Shown here piece by piece: positions 28,732 to 40,728 of a stretch of 64,000 nucleotides of DNA. Positions within the stretch are counted from its first letter, which is position 1, and every line of letters begins with the position of its first letter. The stretch lies in assembly GCA_951406725.2 (NCBI GenBank), contig OX597831.1, forward strand, positions 53,382,001 to 53,446,000, in the 5' to 3' direction. Made by a program: the position numbers and the translations under genes. The DNA comes from Octopus vulgaris (taxonomy: Eukaryota). The notes beneath the pieces are model-generated. The model did not search any database. It saw nothing but the letters and a program-made list of their open reading frames with translations, and had not been told where the DNA came from.

Positions 28732-29838
28732 GGCTAGAATGTAAGGGACTGCAACTAAATACAGTAAGGCATTTTCTCTGATGTTCTATTAAATTATGCC
28801 AATCTATTGTCTTTTTATCAATCCAATAATAAAGAGTGACAAGAACCAAACATATTTCTATATCAGTATTAGGGAAATTAATAAATTTTCTTGATTTCAG
28901 TCCATTTTTAGCTTGATTTTAAACAAAGACCACCTTTTACAGATATCTGGTATCATGTTATTCTAGTCAGCAATGTTTTTCCCAAATTTAACTTTTGATA
29001 CAAATGTTCACAAACTAGAACTAGTGAAAATACAAAACATTAAAAAGTTAAAATTTTATGCTATTGTATGCATAGCAGGATTTGCTTATTTATACTTTTC
29101 ACTATAATCCCAGTTAGTATTCTAAATTATAGTTTACATTTCAGTCATGTGAAGCTGGCTATGTTGAATTTTCAATTATTTCTCTCAACTATTCCAATAT
29201 GTAATGATTACTAAGTTCATTCAATCTATATTTGTTTTTCCATGCTAACATGGACTGGATGAAGACTTAAATCGAGGCAGCATTTTATGGTTGGATGCCT
29301 GCCCAGTCAAGCAAAGGATTTATTATTTCACCAATCTTTGAAAGAACAGAGTTACAAGATATACTATTTACAGGGAATACAAACATTTTCCTTAAACAGC
29401 CTATATACATATATATATATAACCCATGCCAACATGGAAAGCAGATATTAACTGATGATGATGACATTATACACTTATCTCACTTAGTAAGCATTGGGTA
29501 TCCTAAGGCTAAAGTAGAAAGTATTTGCCCAAGGTGCCACATAGTGACATAGGATTTGAGACGCAGGGTTATGTATGGAAATTTGTACCCACACAGCCAT
29601 GCTTGCATTTAACTGATACCCAAAATAGAGTAATGTTGGTCAGGGTCACCTTTTCTAGTGTTATTTTGCCAGCTCTTCAAACAAGATTTTAACAAGACCT
29701 TACTGTTTCAATGTACAATATTCTAATAATTAAAGAAACAGTAAATTTCATATAAATGTTTTAAAGAAGAAAGTTGTAACTAATGGACTGCCATCATTGC
29801 TTTTAAGCCTGCTTTTTCTATGCAGGCATTGTTTAGAT

Positions 29839-30039
29839 CAGTGGTTTTCAACCAGGGTTCCGCCAGTACAGTCCAGGGGTTCCGCAAGTAGTTACAAAAA
29901 TGCTAAAATCGACAGTAATTTTTAATTCTCCTGTGCAGATATATGTGCATAAGACAATTAAATTATTGCACAGGGGTAACTCAAGCCAGTGGAATGTTTC
30001 CTTGGAGTTCCGCTCCAGCAAAAAGGTTGAAAAGCACTG
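29839..30039. mobile_element. hAT (Charlie-like) MITE
   Basis: TIRs CAGTGGTTTTCAACC / GGTTGAAAAGCACTG and an exact 8-bp TSD GTTTAGAT at 29831-29838 and 30040-30047. Confidence 0.9.
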
Positions 30040-33000
30040 GTTTAGATACTTATTGAGCATCATTTTGCAGCCAGATGTCCCATCCTGCTACCAACCCTTG
30101 TTTCTTGAGCAAAATATTTTTATTTCACTGGCCTTTAGATGAAGCTGCAAAGCTTTGGCAGATATTGCCGACAAGAGACATAAACAAGTGCAACACCAGG
30201 CAAAGGATGTCAATGTGTCACACTCACACACACAGGCCATCTATGATTTCATATTCATTCAAAAGTTATTGGTTGATCCAATGATATAGTAGAAAACACT
30301 TGACCAAGATATCACACAGTGGGACTATTCAAAACCAATTCAGAACCATGTAGCTGTACTCTATATATAGTACAAGCAACTTGTCATAGGTACCATATAT
30401 AGATGGAGACGTATAATATAATTTATTAAATTACGACTTAAGGAAAACAGGTTATTAATGTCAAATATAAATGCAGTTTAAACAAGGAACGTCTTGCCAA
30501 CACAATAATTTGTCATGAAATTTTGCAGTAAGTTAACACATCTATTTTATCATGTATGAAGAAGCTATAAAGCCTGCAATATAGATTGGCACTCAGCCAG
30601 AAACTCTCTTCATTCTAAAGCAATCGGCTCTTAAGTAGATATATTTCAGAATAAGTCTCTTATAATTCAGCATGTTTCATAAAAACAATTATCAATATCT
30701 TTTAATGACAAAATATAAATAAAATTAAGCAATTCATTGTTTTTGAAATTTAAGCAAATTATTGCTTTCCTCAGAGATACTACGGAAAATTAAGCTTAGT
30801 AACATATGGAGTGTAGTTTGTCAAGAACACCACTAAATATTTTATTAACATTAATGTTGTTTAACCAAATTCAGCAGATTTATGACTAAAAACGTACCAA
30901 CTATGACTAACCTGTTTTATCCTACTTTTTAAAAAGCTATCACACCTCTGGCTAATAATTTTTGATGCTTCAAGTACTATGCTTTAATGACAAGAAAATG
31001 ACAAAAATTGAAAGCTTGTATAAGCTCAAAGGATTATTTATGTTTGAACAACATTATTGCATGTCAGCAATGAAAATACCCAGTCATTAGAATTTTTTCA
31101 ATCATGCTTTTATCTGCCAATATTTTATGAATATTGATAATTTAGGCATTATAAGATTATGATAGCTAGTGTGATGAAGGGCTGTTATTTCTAGCAAATA
31201 ACCATGTAAAAGTGCTTTCTTTGTTTAGTACTAATTGGCTCTAATTCTATAATTGCTTATTAAAAAATAATTGTTCCTAATTTCTTCAAAAAGTTCACAA
31301 ATCTATAGTATATTAGTCAACTTCAATCACTGGGAAATAACATTGTATTAAATTGATAATAATTGTGTATATTTAGGGACTGGCTTGCTTTTTGTGCTCA
31401 TGCATCAATGAGTAATGGTTTTATGGAAAAAAATTATGAAATACCCAATAGCTATCCATTTTTCATTTCCTATTTTTGAAATTTCCAATTGGCTTTCTAA
31501 AATTCAGGGTACTATAGAACTTTAATGGAAAAATTGCTTCATATTATCAAATTCCATAAGCCAAACTTTCAAGAATGCATTATTTATGTAACACAGAGAA
31601 TTGTCTGCATACATTTCCTAGTACAAATACTCATCCTCCAGAGCAAAAGCATTAATGCCTCTTCCCCTTATGAAGAGGATTGGTCTGCAAGAGCTTTGTG
31701 CCTATGCCATGTAAAAAGCACCCAGTAAAGTGGTTGGCATTAGGAAGAGCATCCAGCTGCAGAAACCAAGCCCTGAACTTTAGAAAGCAAATCAGACAAG
31801 AACCTGGCACAGCTCTCCTGCTTGCCAGCTCTGGTTGAACTGTCCAACCCATACCAGCATGGAAAACAGTTGTCAAAGGATGATGACATACACACACATT
31901 TTTTTTTATCAATAATTGGCAGAAGTTACAAGGTGACTCAAAGGCAGAAAGTCGCATGCAATGCCAACACTCTCAAAACTCTCAGGCCTATAGTTATTCT
32001 CTAACGTTTGCCAATTACAAATAATAAACATATACTCACATTCGAGTTATATATTTTTCTGTTTGCATTACCAAACCTATGTATATGTCTACATATGTAA
32101 TATATATGAGTGTAAACATTTTTGTAACTAGATTCAATTATTTTTTAATATCTGACAATAAAATTAAAGTCAGTAAGTACTGGACAAAGAGGGTACTTTT
32201 TCATGCTTGCATGAACCAGACAAGACTACAGTGGGACAGGAATTTCTCTACCGTTGGGTGCCTTTCTGATACCAACCCTCGTCTATTTCCAAAGAAAGTA
32301 ATACTCACCAGCCCAGACATGGTTACCTAGAGAACTGGACACAGTGACACTGTTGGAATGTGTATTTTGTTTATAAAGATTGCAGAACACATCAAGAATT
32401 TTTTTGTGGTGAGCTGCAAGCAATCAATACTACCAGTATAATGTGATGCTTTTGTTTACAATCAACCAATGCATATGAAGGCAAGGGGAAATAAGAATTC
32501 ATTGACATAAACATATATATCCCATCCCTTATATATGTGTGTGTGTGTATATATATATATAAACGATGAGCTTTTTCACTCTGTTAACTAATTTCAGTGA
32601 CAACATATTGCCCAACTTGTGGCCATAGTATTGAAAACCAGTAGACAGCACCCAAACAGTGGGACTGAAACCATAAACACATAGTGCCAAAGCAAACTTC
32701 TTAACCACACACCTGTACCTGCACCTGTGTGTAATCTCTCTTTTATATATATATATATATATATAGACAGATAGATAGATGGATATATATATAGACAGAT
32801 AGATAGATATTACACACACAGAATATGATATAGCACAGGAGGACAACGAAGGAACATACTGAAACCACCCCACCCAAAAACTCACAAAGGACATAAACAT
32901 GCTCACCCCTCATCAGTTATTGACAAAAAAATCATCACAATTTCAATGCCTTATTGAGAATATTGTTCAATTTGGAGGCATCAACAGCAAAACACTGCTG

Positions 33001-33059
33001 GGTTATAAATGAATAAACATGAAGGACAGAATGAGACCTCTAAACCAAACGTGTGTGTG

Positions 33060-33099
<40 letters not shown>

Positions 33100-34105
33100 T
33101 ATAATTCACACTTTACTGCATGGTAGATGCATATAGGGATGAATTTTCCAAAAACACCACCTATAGTGTTATCTAATATTCATTTTGTCTTGAAGCTTAA
33201 GAAATAGAGCAAAAATTTAGGCTTTAAGATCAGAAATATTTCAACACTTTTCACTGGATAATTTTAAAACATTGGGTGGCTTATTTTTATTCTTTTTTTA
33301 ACTCTAGAAATCTTAAATCTGGTCTTACACCTGGTCTAATTTCAATTGTTCCTTTCGTCCTGCAAAGATTCTATGTAGTAAACTTTACAGAATAGGAAAC
33401 TCCAATTTTAATTCAGTATGAGTGCTTTTAACTAACACTTAAAATAGATGCCATAAAATGCTAATGAACTGATTGTTGCAAACGAAAATCTGATAATCCA
33501 GGTGAAGATCCCACTTCTTTACCCTGTATTATTTAATCATCATAAAGGTAGTGACAGATTGAGGCTAAATTTTAATTTCTACAGGTTCATTTTAGAAAAA
33601 ATGTGGATGAGGGAGGGTTCCAGATGGCTGTAGAGTATGGAATTAAGGACTAAGCATAATAACCTTTAGCAAGGTATTTTAAATAACATAAATGAGGAGT
33701 CACTACACAAAGTTATTCTTGAGGACAGACCTGCTAATTATGAATAAGTTAATACTGTTCCTCTGGATTTATACAGAAGAAACACCAGCAACTTCACTCT
33801 TGCCTTTCAGTGAAGGCCAGCTGCTACAAACAATGAGGCAGTTCAACTATCTCTGCACAACATATGTGCTATAAGCAGCACACCGGCTTTGCCACCACTA
33901 TATGTAATAAATAGACAGATGTAAACACCTTGTCTCTATATACAATATATATTTGTCAGTTTCATTTTTGTATTGGGATTTCATCAACAACTGAGTATCC
34001 TCTTTAACTGTCCAGGGAAATTGCTTACAGACCCACTATTATAAAGTGGGTAAGTAAACTGGATAAACCAATTAGCTTTTATAACACTTTCTTGGTACAT
34101 TTCTG

Positions 34106-34404
34106 GTGTGTTAACAGTGTTTTTGTTTTAATGCTATCCTGTGCTACAGAGCCTATGTAAATATTTTAATCAATTCTGTATGTAATAGGCATGTAAACAC
34201 CTTGTTTTTAAAGAGAGTATCTTTGTGGACAAAATAAAAGGGATCAGTCAGACTTATTTCAATTTCTGTGTTGGGATTATACAGATGAATGTACTTGTAC
34301 ATAAAGACAGTGTTTACACATGCCTATTACATAGCGTTGGCTAAAATCTATAGATAGACAATGTAGTACAGAGTAGCACTAACACTAGACATTATTAACA
34401 CAGC
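34106..34404. repeat. Long imperfect inverted repeat (foldback)
   Basis: Arms at about 34106-34210 and 34302-34404. TATGTAATAGGCATGTAAACAC pairs with GTGTTTACACATGCCTATTACATA. Confidence 0.75.
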
Positions 34405-37400
34405 AGTAATTTATTAATGGCTCATGAGTCAGTGTTGACATGAGAAACTATTGAGTATATAACAGATGAAACCAATAACATATGAAAGCTCACAATCTTA
34501 AACCTTTTATTACTATGACAAAAATTATTGTTAGCTATCATAAGGGAAGGGTTCTAGTATGAAAAAAAAAAAAAAATCAACTCTACTTCCTCCTTAAAGG
34601 GCTTACTATACACAAGTATTGTTTACAATAACATATCTACCTCACCCTACGAGATATTTATATATATACACACACACAATAATACTCATCATCATTTAAC
34701 GTCCTCTTCCCATGCTGGCATGGGTTGGACAAATATAAATAAATATATATATGTATATATAGTGCACAATAGATTGTGGACAAAACAAATGTCAAGTACA
34801 TCCTAATATCAACAATTTACATAAATTTAGTTTATTTACAGCACCAATTGTCTGTCACAAACTATTGCAAATATTTTTCTAACCCCTAATCACAAATACT
34901 TCTTATACTCAGCTGGTTAAGATTTTTGGCTCATTCAATATATCCACATCTTCGATCCCTCTAAGTGTTCTTTCACTAATGGCTGGTTATAGTGTCATAC
35001 TGAGTTCTGACTTAGAGCTTTTGTAAAATACTAACATTAGTTGTTACTACAAGCATCACAGTAACAAAAAAAAAAATTAAAATTAAAAAAAACGTGTGAA
35101 GTATCAGTGAACATTACAAATTAATGAAAGTTTCTAGAGCATATTTTTTTAGCTCTGTATTTCAATTGTATTTTCAACTTGGTTTCCATAGCTGCAAACA
35201 GAGGTGGTGCAGAATAAAGATATTCATAAATAAATAGATAGATCAGATTCATTAAATCACTAGTGAACAGTTGTTAAAAATAAGTTGATGGGAATTGCCA
35301 CTTTCATTTATTTTTTTTATTGATTAAAAAAAAAATTCTAAAATCATGACGAATTCAAGAAAATACAATTCACTGGTCTGTACAGACTTTAGAACAATGC
35401 TCCATTACATAATACCACATTGTACAGTTAATATGGCTTTTGAAAGTTAGGAAAACTTGTCAAAAATATGTAAGCATAGGAAAATAACATGAAATGGAAA
35501 AAGCATTGTTGGCTAATTGCCTACAAGTATTCAATATTGCACTTTTTTAATTCAACTAAAATGACAAAGGCATTTGTAGAGCTGTTTCTTGATGTCATCT
35601 GAAGGTAATTCCCTACAGAAAGAGAGAGAACTTTTTGAATTTAAAAACAAAAAATATCACAATGATAATTTGTATATTTCCAAAATATATTCCTGTTATT
35701 ACATCTTAAGTTTGAAATTTGAGGGCAGATTATAACCCTCCCATTTCAAACTTATGGTAAAACACTTTCATCGAAGGACTCAAAATTGAAATTTTACTAA
35801 TAATCAGATTTTAAAATCTAAAATTTATTACAAACACAAAATGCTAAATATATTTTTTGTATTATGTGTTTTATTTTCCCGTGAAATCTCCACATAAATC
35901 TGATTTAGTTATTTTTACACAAGAATTTTGCAATACCAATTTCTCTTTCTTGAATCGTGCACTGGAAAGCAATACACACACAAAATATGTAATTTGTAAA
36001 GAGCTTTAAAATAAATCTTTAAAATCTTTTGATTTCATTATGAACTAAGGGATAAATCCAATTAGTTCATCTAAACTGCACTTGGAAAGCTGACACTTTC
36101 AGTTTTGTAGATACACAGCAATATGAGCAACAAGTTGTGCAATACTATTTCCACCCACTCAGAGACCTCTTTTGGAATTTTATCCCATTCCAATGAGTGT
36201 AATCAATATTCATAGCTTCATTAATTTCAGCATTACATTTATCTAATGTACTCTCAAAAATGATCCTCTCAATACCTTGTTTTAATTAAAAATTTCTGTG
36301 ATATATCAATGCTATTTATATTAAACATTCTGAAGGTGAATTTCAATTAAATCTGCTGAGAACTTAGCAAACATATAGTTAGCATATTTAATGAGAGCTG
36401 AGAACATGATTTCCCTGAGAAAGTCATAATAATACTGTGGCTCAACCAACTTTGCTAAAATCCAGTTATCTGGTAAGTTGGATTGCGTGCCTATGTAAAT
36501 TGCTTACAGGTAATCTTTAATTTATTTCAACCAGTATTTTGAAGACGCAAAGAACTAAGCTGACATGTTCACGGAAAATTGAGGCGACAAAATTCCGAAA
36601 AATTGAGTATAACGATTTTATTGAGTTGGCACAAGGTCAATTCTTTGTACTAGTGTGGGTAAGTCAATTCAACTGATCTTAGTATAAACTACTGATTCAA
36701 ATTTTATCGAAGGAGGAAAAACAAAGTCAACGTCGGAGGTTATTACCTAAGACACAACTCTCCCAAAGCAACAAGAAAAAAAAAAGGGGACGAATAATTA
36801 TAATAATTAAGTGAATACTAAAGATCCGAAACCAAGCTACTATATCACAACATGAAGGACGAGAGAAAAAATGACAAATATGAACTGGACAAATGCTGCT
36901 GCATAATGAATGAATTCAATGAGTGGAAGTTTTTACTTTCTCATGCAACATTTGATTTAGTGAGGTTTACATATTTTTTCGCAATAACTTAGAAAATAAA
37001 ACAGTTCAACGCACAAAAGAAAATTCTGGAAGACAGTTTAAACAGACACCAGCAGAATGTTAAACATCGATGTTAATTTATACAAATTATACGGTCTTTT
37101 TAGCTTAAAATATTACATTGAGAACAACAAGAAACAACTTGAGATTATCATTCTGGATTCTACACAAATAACTCTTTCTGTATGTAAAGAGTTAACATGT
37201 TAACGATTATAGAGCAAAATTAAACGAATAGGAAGAAAGTGAAAAGATAGAAAAACAAAAATAAAAAACACTAATAATCATTTTGAAATCCTTAACACTA
37301 TTCAGTATTACATTTCATTACTGACTTTTCCTAAACATTTTAATCTAAAACCGTTTATATTGTAATTCATATATCAACCATAGCTGAAAATAGTACAGTA

Positions 37401-38256
37401 TGTGGGTGTTATCTAGATGATTAAATTCTCAAACATTTTCTTATGTAACAAAATAAGTGCCGAATTAACTATTCCTAGTTAAGTGACCATAACATATAGT
37501 TTTATATAAATAGAATAATTAACTAAACAATAGGGCCTGACTGCTTAGTAAAACGACAAAAACAGATCGTCACATCAATACTAAAAATAGGTAGAATACT
37601 TTCCCAAAGCAAATCAGTATTTGAAACAATATTTTAATGTCAGATATATTACTTTAATTCATTTATACTAAAAGTACCTAAATAAACGACACTCAGTCAA
37701 ACAGTCTATTTTAGTCACATGCACAGTCATAACAACAACAATAATAAATTTAAAAAGAAAAACAAACAAAAAAACCCTGACTTTACAATTGCTACTTCCT
37801 AAAGTAATTTTGCTTAGTTGATCATATGGTAAACAATAAACACAAAAGTGTATAATGACACTGACTAACTCAGAAGGTGTTTGGACAACTGAAGAATTTT
37901 AACAATATATTAGAAAGAGGATATTACAAACGAGACGTATTAGAAGTAGAAATACAAATAAATTTTTTTTTTTAAATGGTTCTCTTGTTTTACGTTTTAT
38001 GCTATAGCTTAGCTTTCGGATATCTGCAACAAAAAGAATACACAATTTATACCGAACATTCAAAGGACGATAATATTATTTAAACAGTTTTAAACCGAAA
38101 GAAAGCGTATGACGCATTATGTACACACGCAAACATTAATACATCTGTATGTGTATGTGCAATATAAGTATATATATATATATTCAGTGAATCATCAGCT
38201 TCTTTAAAACTCTACATGCATCGAGTACTCTTTCTCTCATTTTGTACCTCAAAACG

Positions 38257-38299
<43 letters not shown>

Positions 38300-39366
38300 A
38301 CTAATGGCCAGCTTGTATCAGACAAGTCTAAACACACATTTTTTATCAACTATAGGGTTATTGGAAAATAAACCGCACAAGAAAAAAAAAATCATCATTA
38401 AATAGAAACTGTAAAATAAATTATATGATAAAAATCGACCCTGTTAAAGACATGTACTTGCAAATATCAAGTTTGAGATTTCATGGTCGATATATCTAGG
38501 TGCGGGTAAAATTTTAATATGCAGGGACATAAGAAACGACACAAAAATAAGATGTTGGGACATACAATTAGCTAGGTAAATTTTATATAGATATTTTTTA
38601 CACACACGCATTATATATTTATATATTATGCATATATACACTCACACACGTAAAATATATATATTCATAGTATACTTATCGATACAAGTATTTTATGGGC
38701 GTTTTTTTTTTAAGTATGTGAAATGATCTTTCGCTATTTTGAAATATGTATGTTTACGAAATCAATGATGATTTCTAGTAAAGTTAATTCTTTTCTTTTA
38801 AAAAGGATAAGGCAAAAATAAATCTTTTAAAAGCTCTCTAGTTTGCTCATAAAGTACGTAATATTGTGTATAGATAGCATAAATGCATTTAACTACAGTT
38901 AATATATATATACTATACATATATATATGAGGGGGACAAGCGGCATTAGGACATACTTTCCAAACGCTTTAAAAACAGAACATTACTGATTCTATTCTAA
39001 TTTTAAAAGCAAACTCTTTCAACTAGTCGTCTAGATTATCATTCAACGATCGACAAACTACAAGAATCTTATTTAAGCAACGAAAGCTAGAGAAAATACA
39101 TTTCCGAACTAGATAGTTATAACTGGTCATAGACATGGTATACAATTTTTTTTCACCCTTTACTTCCGGGATGTAGTAGAATTTCAGATTAAAATACGTT
39201 AAAATATGACACCAAACAGAAGGAAAAATAATTCAGATTAACATAGAAGTGTATTTAAAAGACATTCTACTCTGAGAGAGTAGAACGCGCACTGCGCACA
39301 TTGTATTATCAAACAACATCTTCAAAGCAGAACGGAGCCATCTTGAAAATTTTACGATGCACTCAC

Positions 39367-39382
39367 CCTCATGGCGAGACAT
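39367..39382 (-). CDS. KCMF1: KCMF1 coding exon 1 (MSRHE-G)
   Basis: Minus strand reads ATG TCT CGC CAT GAG G|GTGAGT: the conserved MSRHEG N-terminus followed by a strong GT donor. Phase 1 joins exon 2 to give GVSCD. Confidence 0.93.
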
Positions 39383-39847
39383 TATAGCTGAACGGACCGC
39401 GAGAGTGGCGAGTAAATATTCCGAAAACGTGAACTGATATGGAAGATTATACTCATGTATAGCAAGTTCTGTCTTCTGCTGTAATTATGACTTCTTTTTA
39501 CAGGTACGTCTGCTTCAAAATTCCCAGTAGGAATTTTGGAAAAGTCGAGGCCATGGTGACGTCACGAGAATATCTCGTCTTGTTTGGTAACAGTGTGATT
39601 TGAAGCACTGATTCTTTCAGTAATGCTTTTTAGCAATTTTTAGCATATTTTATCTTTTTATGCAATATTTCCATAAAAAATTCAATTAATTTGGTGTTTT
39701 TCTAATTACTTTGAAAAAAAAAATCATTATCTGTCCTAGTGACGACAACTGGTAATACTGACGCTTCCATTAGCGGTTGCTACTCCTGCTGTTTACTGGG
39801 AGGTCACTTCCGGTTGTAGCATCTCGTGTGTCATTGTAACATAAACC
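39383..39847. promoter_or_regulatory. Bidirectional promoter and 5' UTRs shared by KCMF1 and QDPR
   Basis: Divergent ATGs 465 bp apart. Palindromic CRE GTGACGTCAC at 39556-39565 and ETS-type CACTTCCGGT at 39805-39814. CpG visibly more frequent than in the introns. Confidence 0.8.
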
Positions 39848-39934
39848 ATGGCAGTGCAAGGTCGTATTCTCGTTTACGGAGGCAAAGGTGCGCTCGGCTC
39901 CACTTGTGTTTCTTATTTCAAGAGCAAGAATTTT
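39848..39934 (+). CDS. QDPR: QDPR (dihydropteridine reductase) exon 1
   Basis: aaccATGG Kozak context. Encodes MAVQGRILVYGGKGALGSTCVSYFKSKNF with the Rossmann motif YGGxGALG, then |GTAAGA donor. Confidence 0.94.
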
Positions 39935-40687
39935 GTAAGACACCCAATTATATTTATATTTTTTAGTGTATCTCTTTCCCAATAGTACCTTCTTCACATT
40001 TGTGATTATTGAAACTAACATTATCTTCTTCATTCTTTTCTACATCTATTTCGTTTGATGAATGAAAGGAAATTAAACAATACTCTACGAGACCTGTTCA
40101 TTCTATATTTTGGTAAAATTTACATTGTTTTGATAGTGGCTGTGATAAATCGGGTATTTATGAGCTGATTGTCGCATCTAATTGCATTTTGTACCGATGT
40201 CATTATTATTCTAACTTTACGTCTTATTTTGCGCTGTTTTCGTTTTCCTTATAATCAATGCTTTTTCTCTCATTCGTACTCTTGAATACATTACGATTGT
40301 TCCGAATGAAACATTTTTTTATAAAAACGAAACTGAATTTACCTGTACTTCTAGAAACAAAAAGAAAATCAAACCGACGCTTATGGTTTGTGTGTGTAAA
40401 TATATATGTATATATGCACACTCGTACATAAAATTATGGGTCTATATTACACTTAATTTTCACTTTTGTAAATCTTTATTAGTTACAACGATTAATTTAA
40501 AATAAAGTTTTAAATTATTTTTATATTTATATAAGGAATATTATCTTCAAATAAACCCTAGTTATATATTCCCAGTCATCGGGGCCTATCACCTTTTTTA
40601 ATTTATAACTCCACACTGTAGTAATTCACTAAATTCCTGTTTACTTTTGTAGTAAGTTAAAAATGCGCTTAAACAGTTAGATTCTGC

Positions 40688-40728
40688 ATCGCTGATGAGG
40701 TCGAATAAGACCGAAACACGCCAGGATT
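40688..40728 (+). ncRNA. Hammerhead-ribozyme-like motif, probably degenerate
   Basis: CTGATGA-GGTC-gaataa-GACC-GAAAC: an exact catalytic core with a 4-bp stem II. Stems I and III and the NUH triplet are imperfect. Confidence 0.55.
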
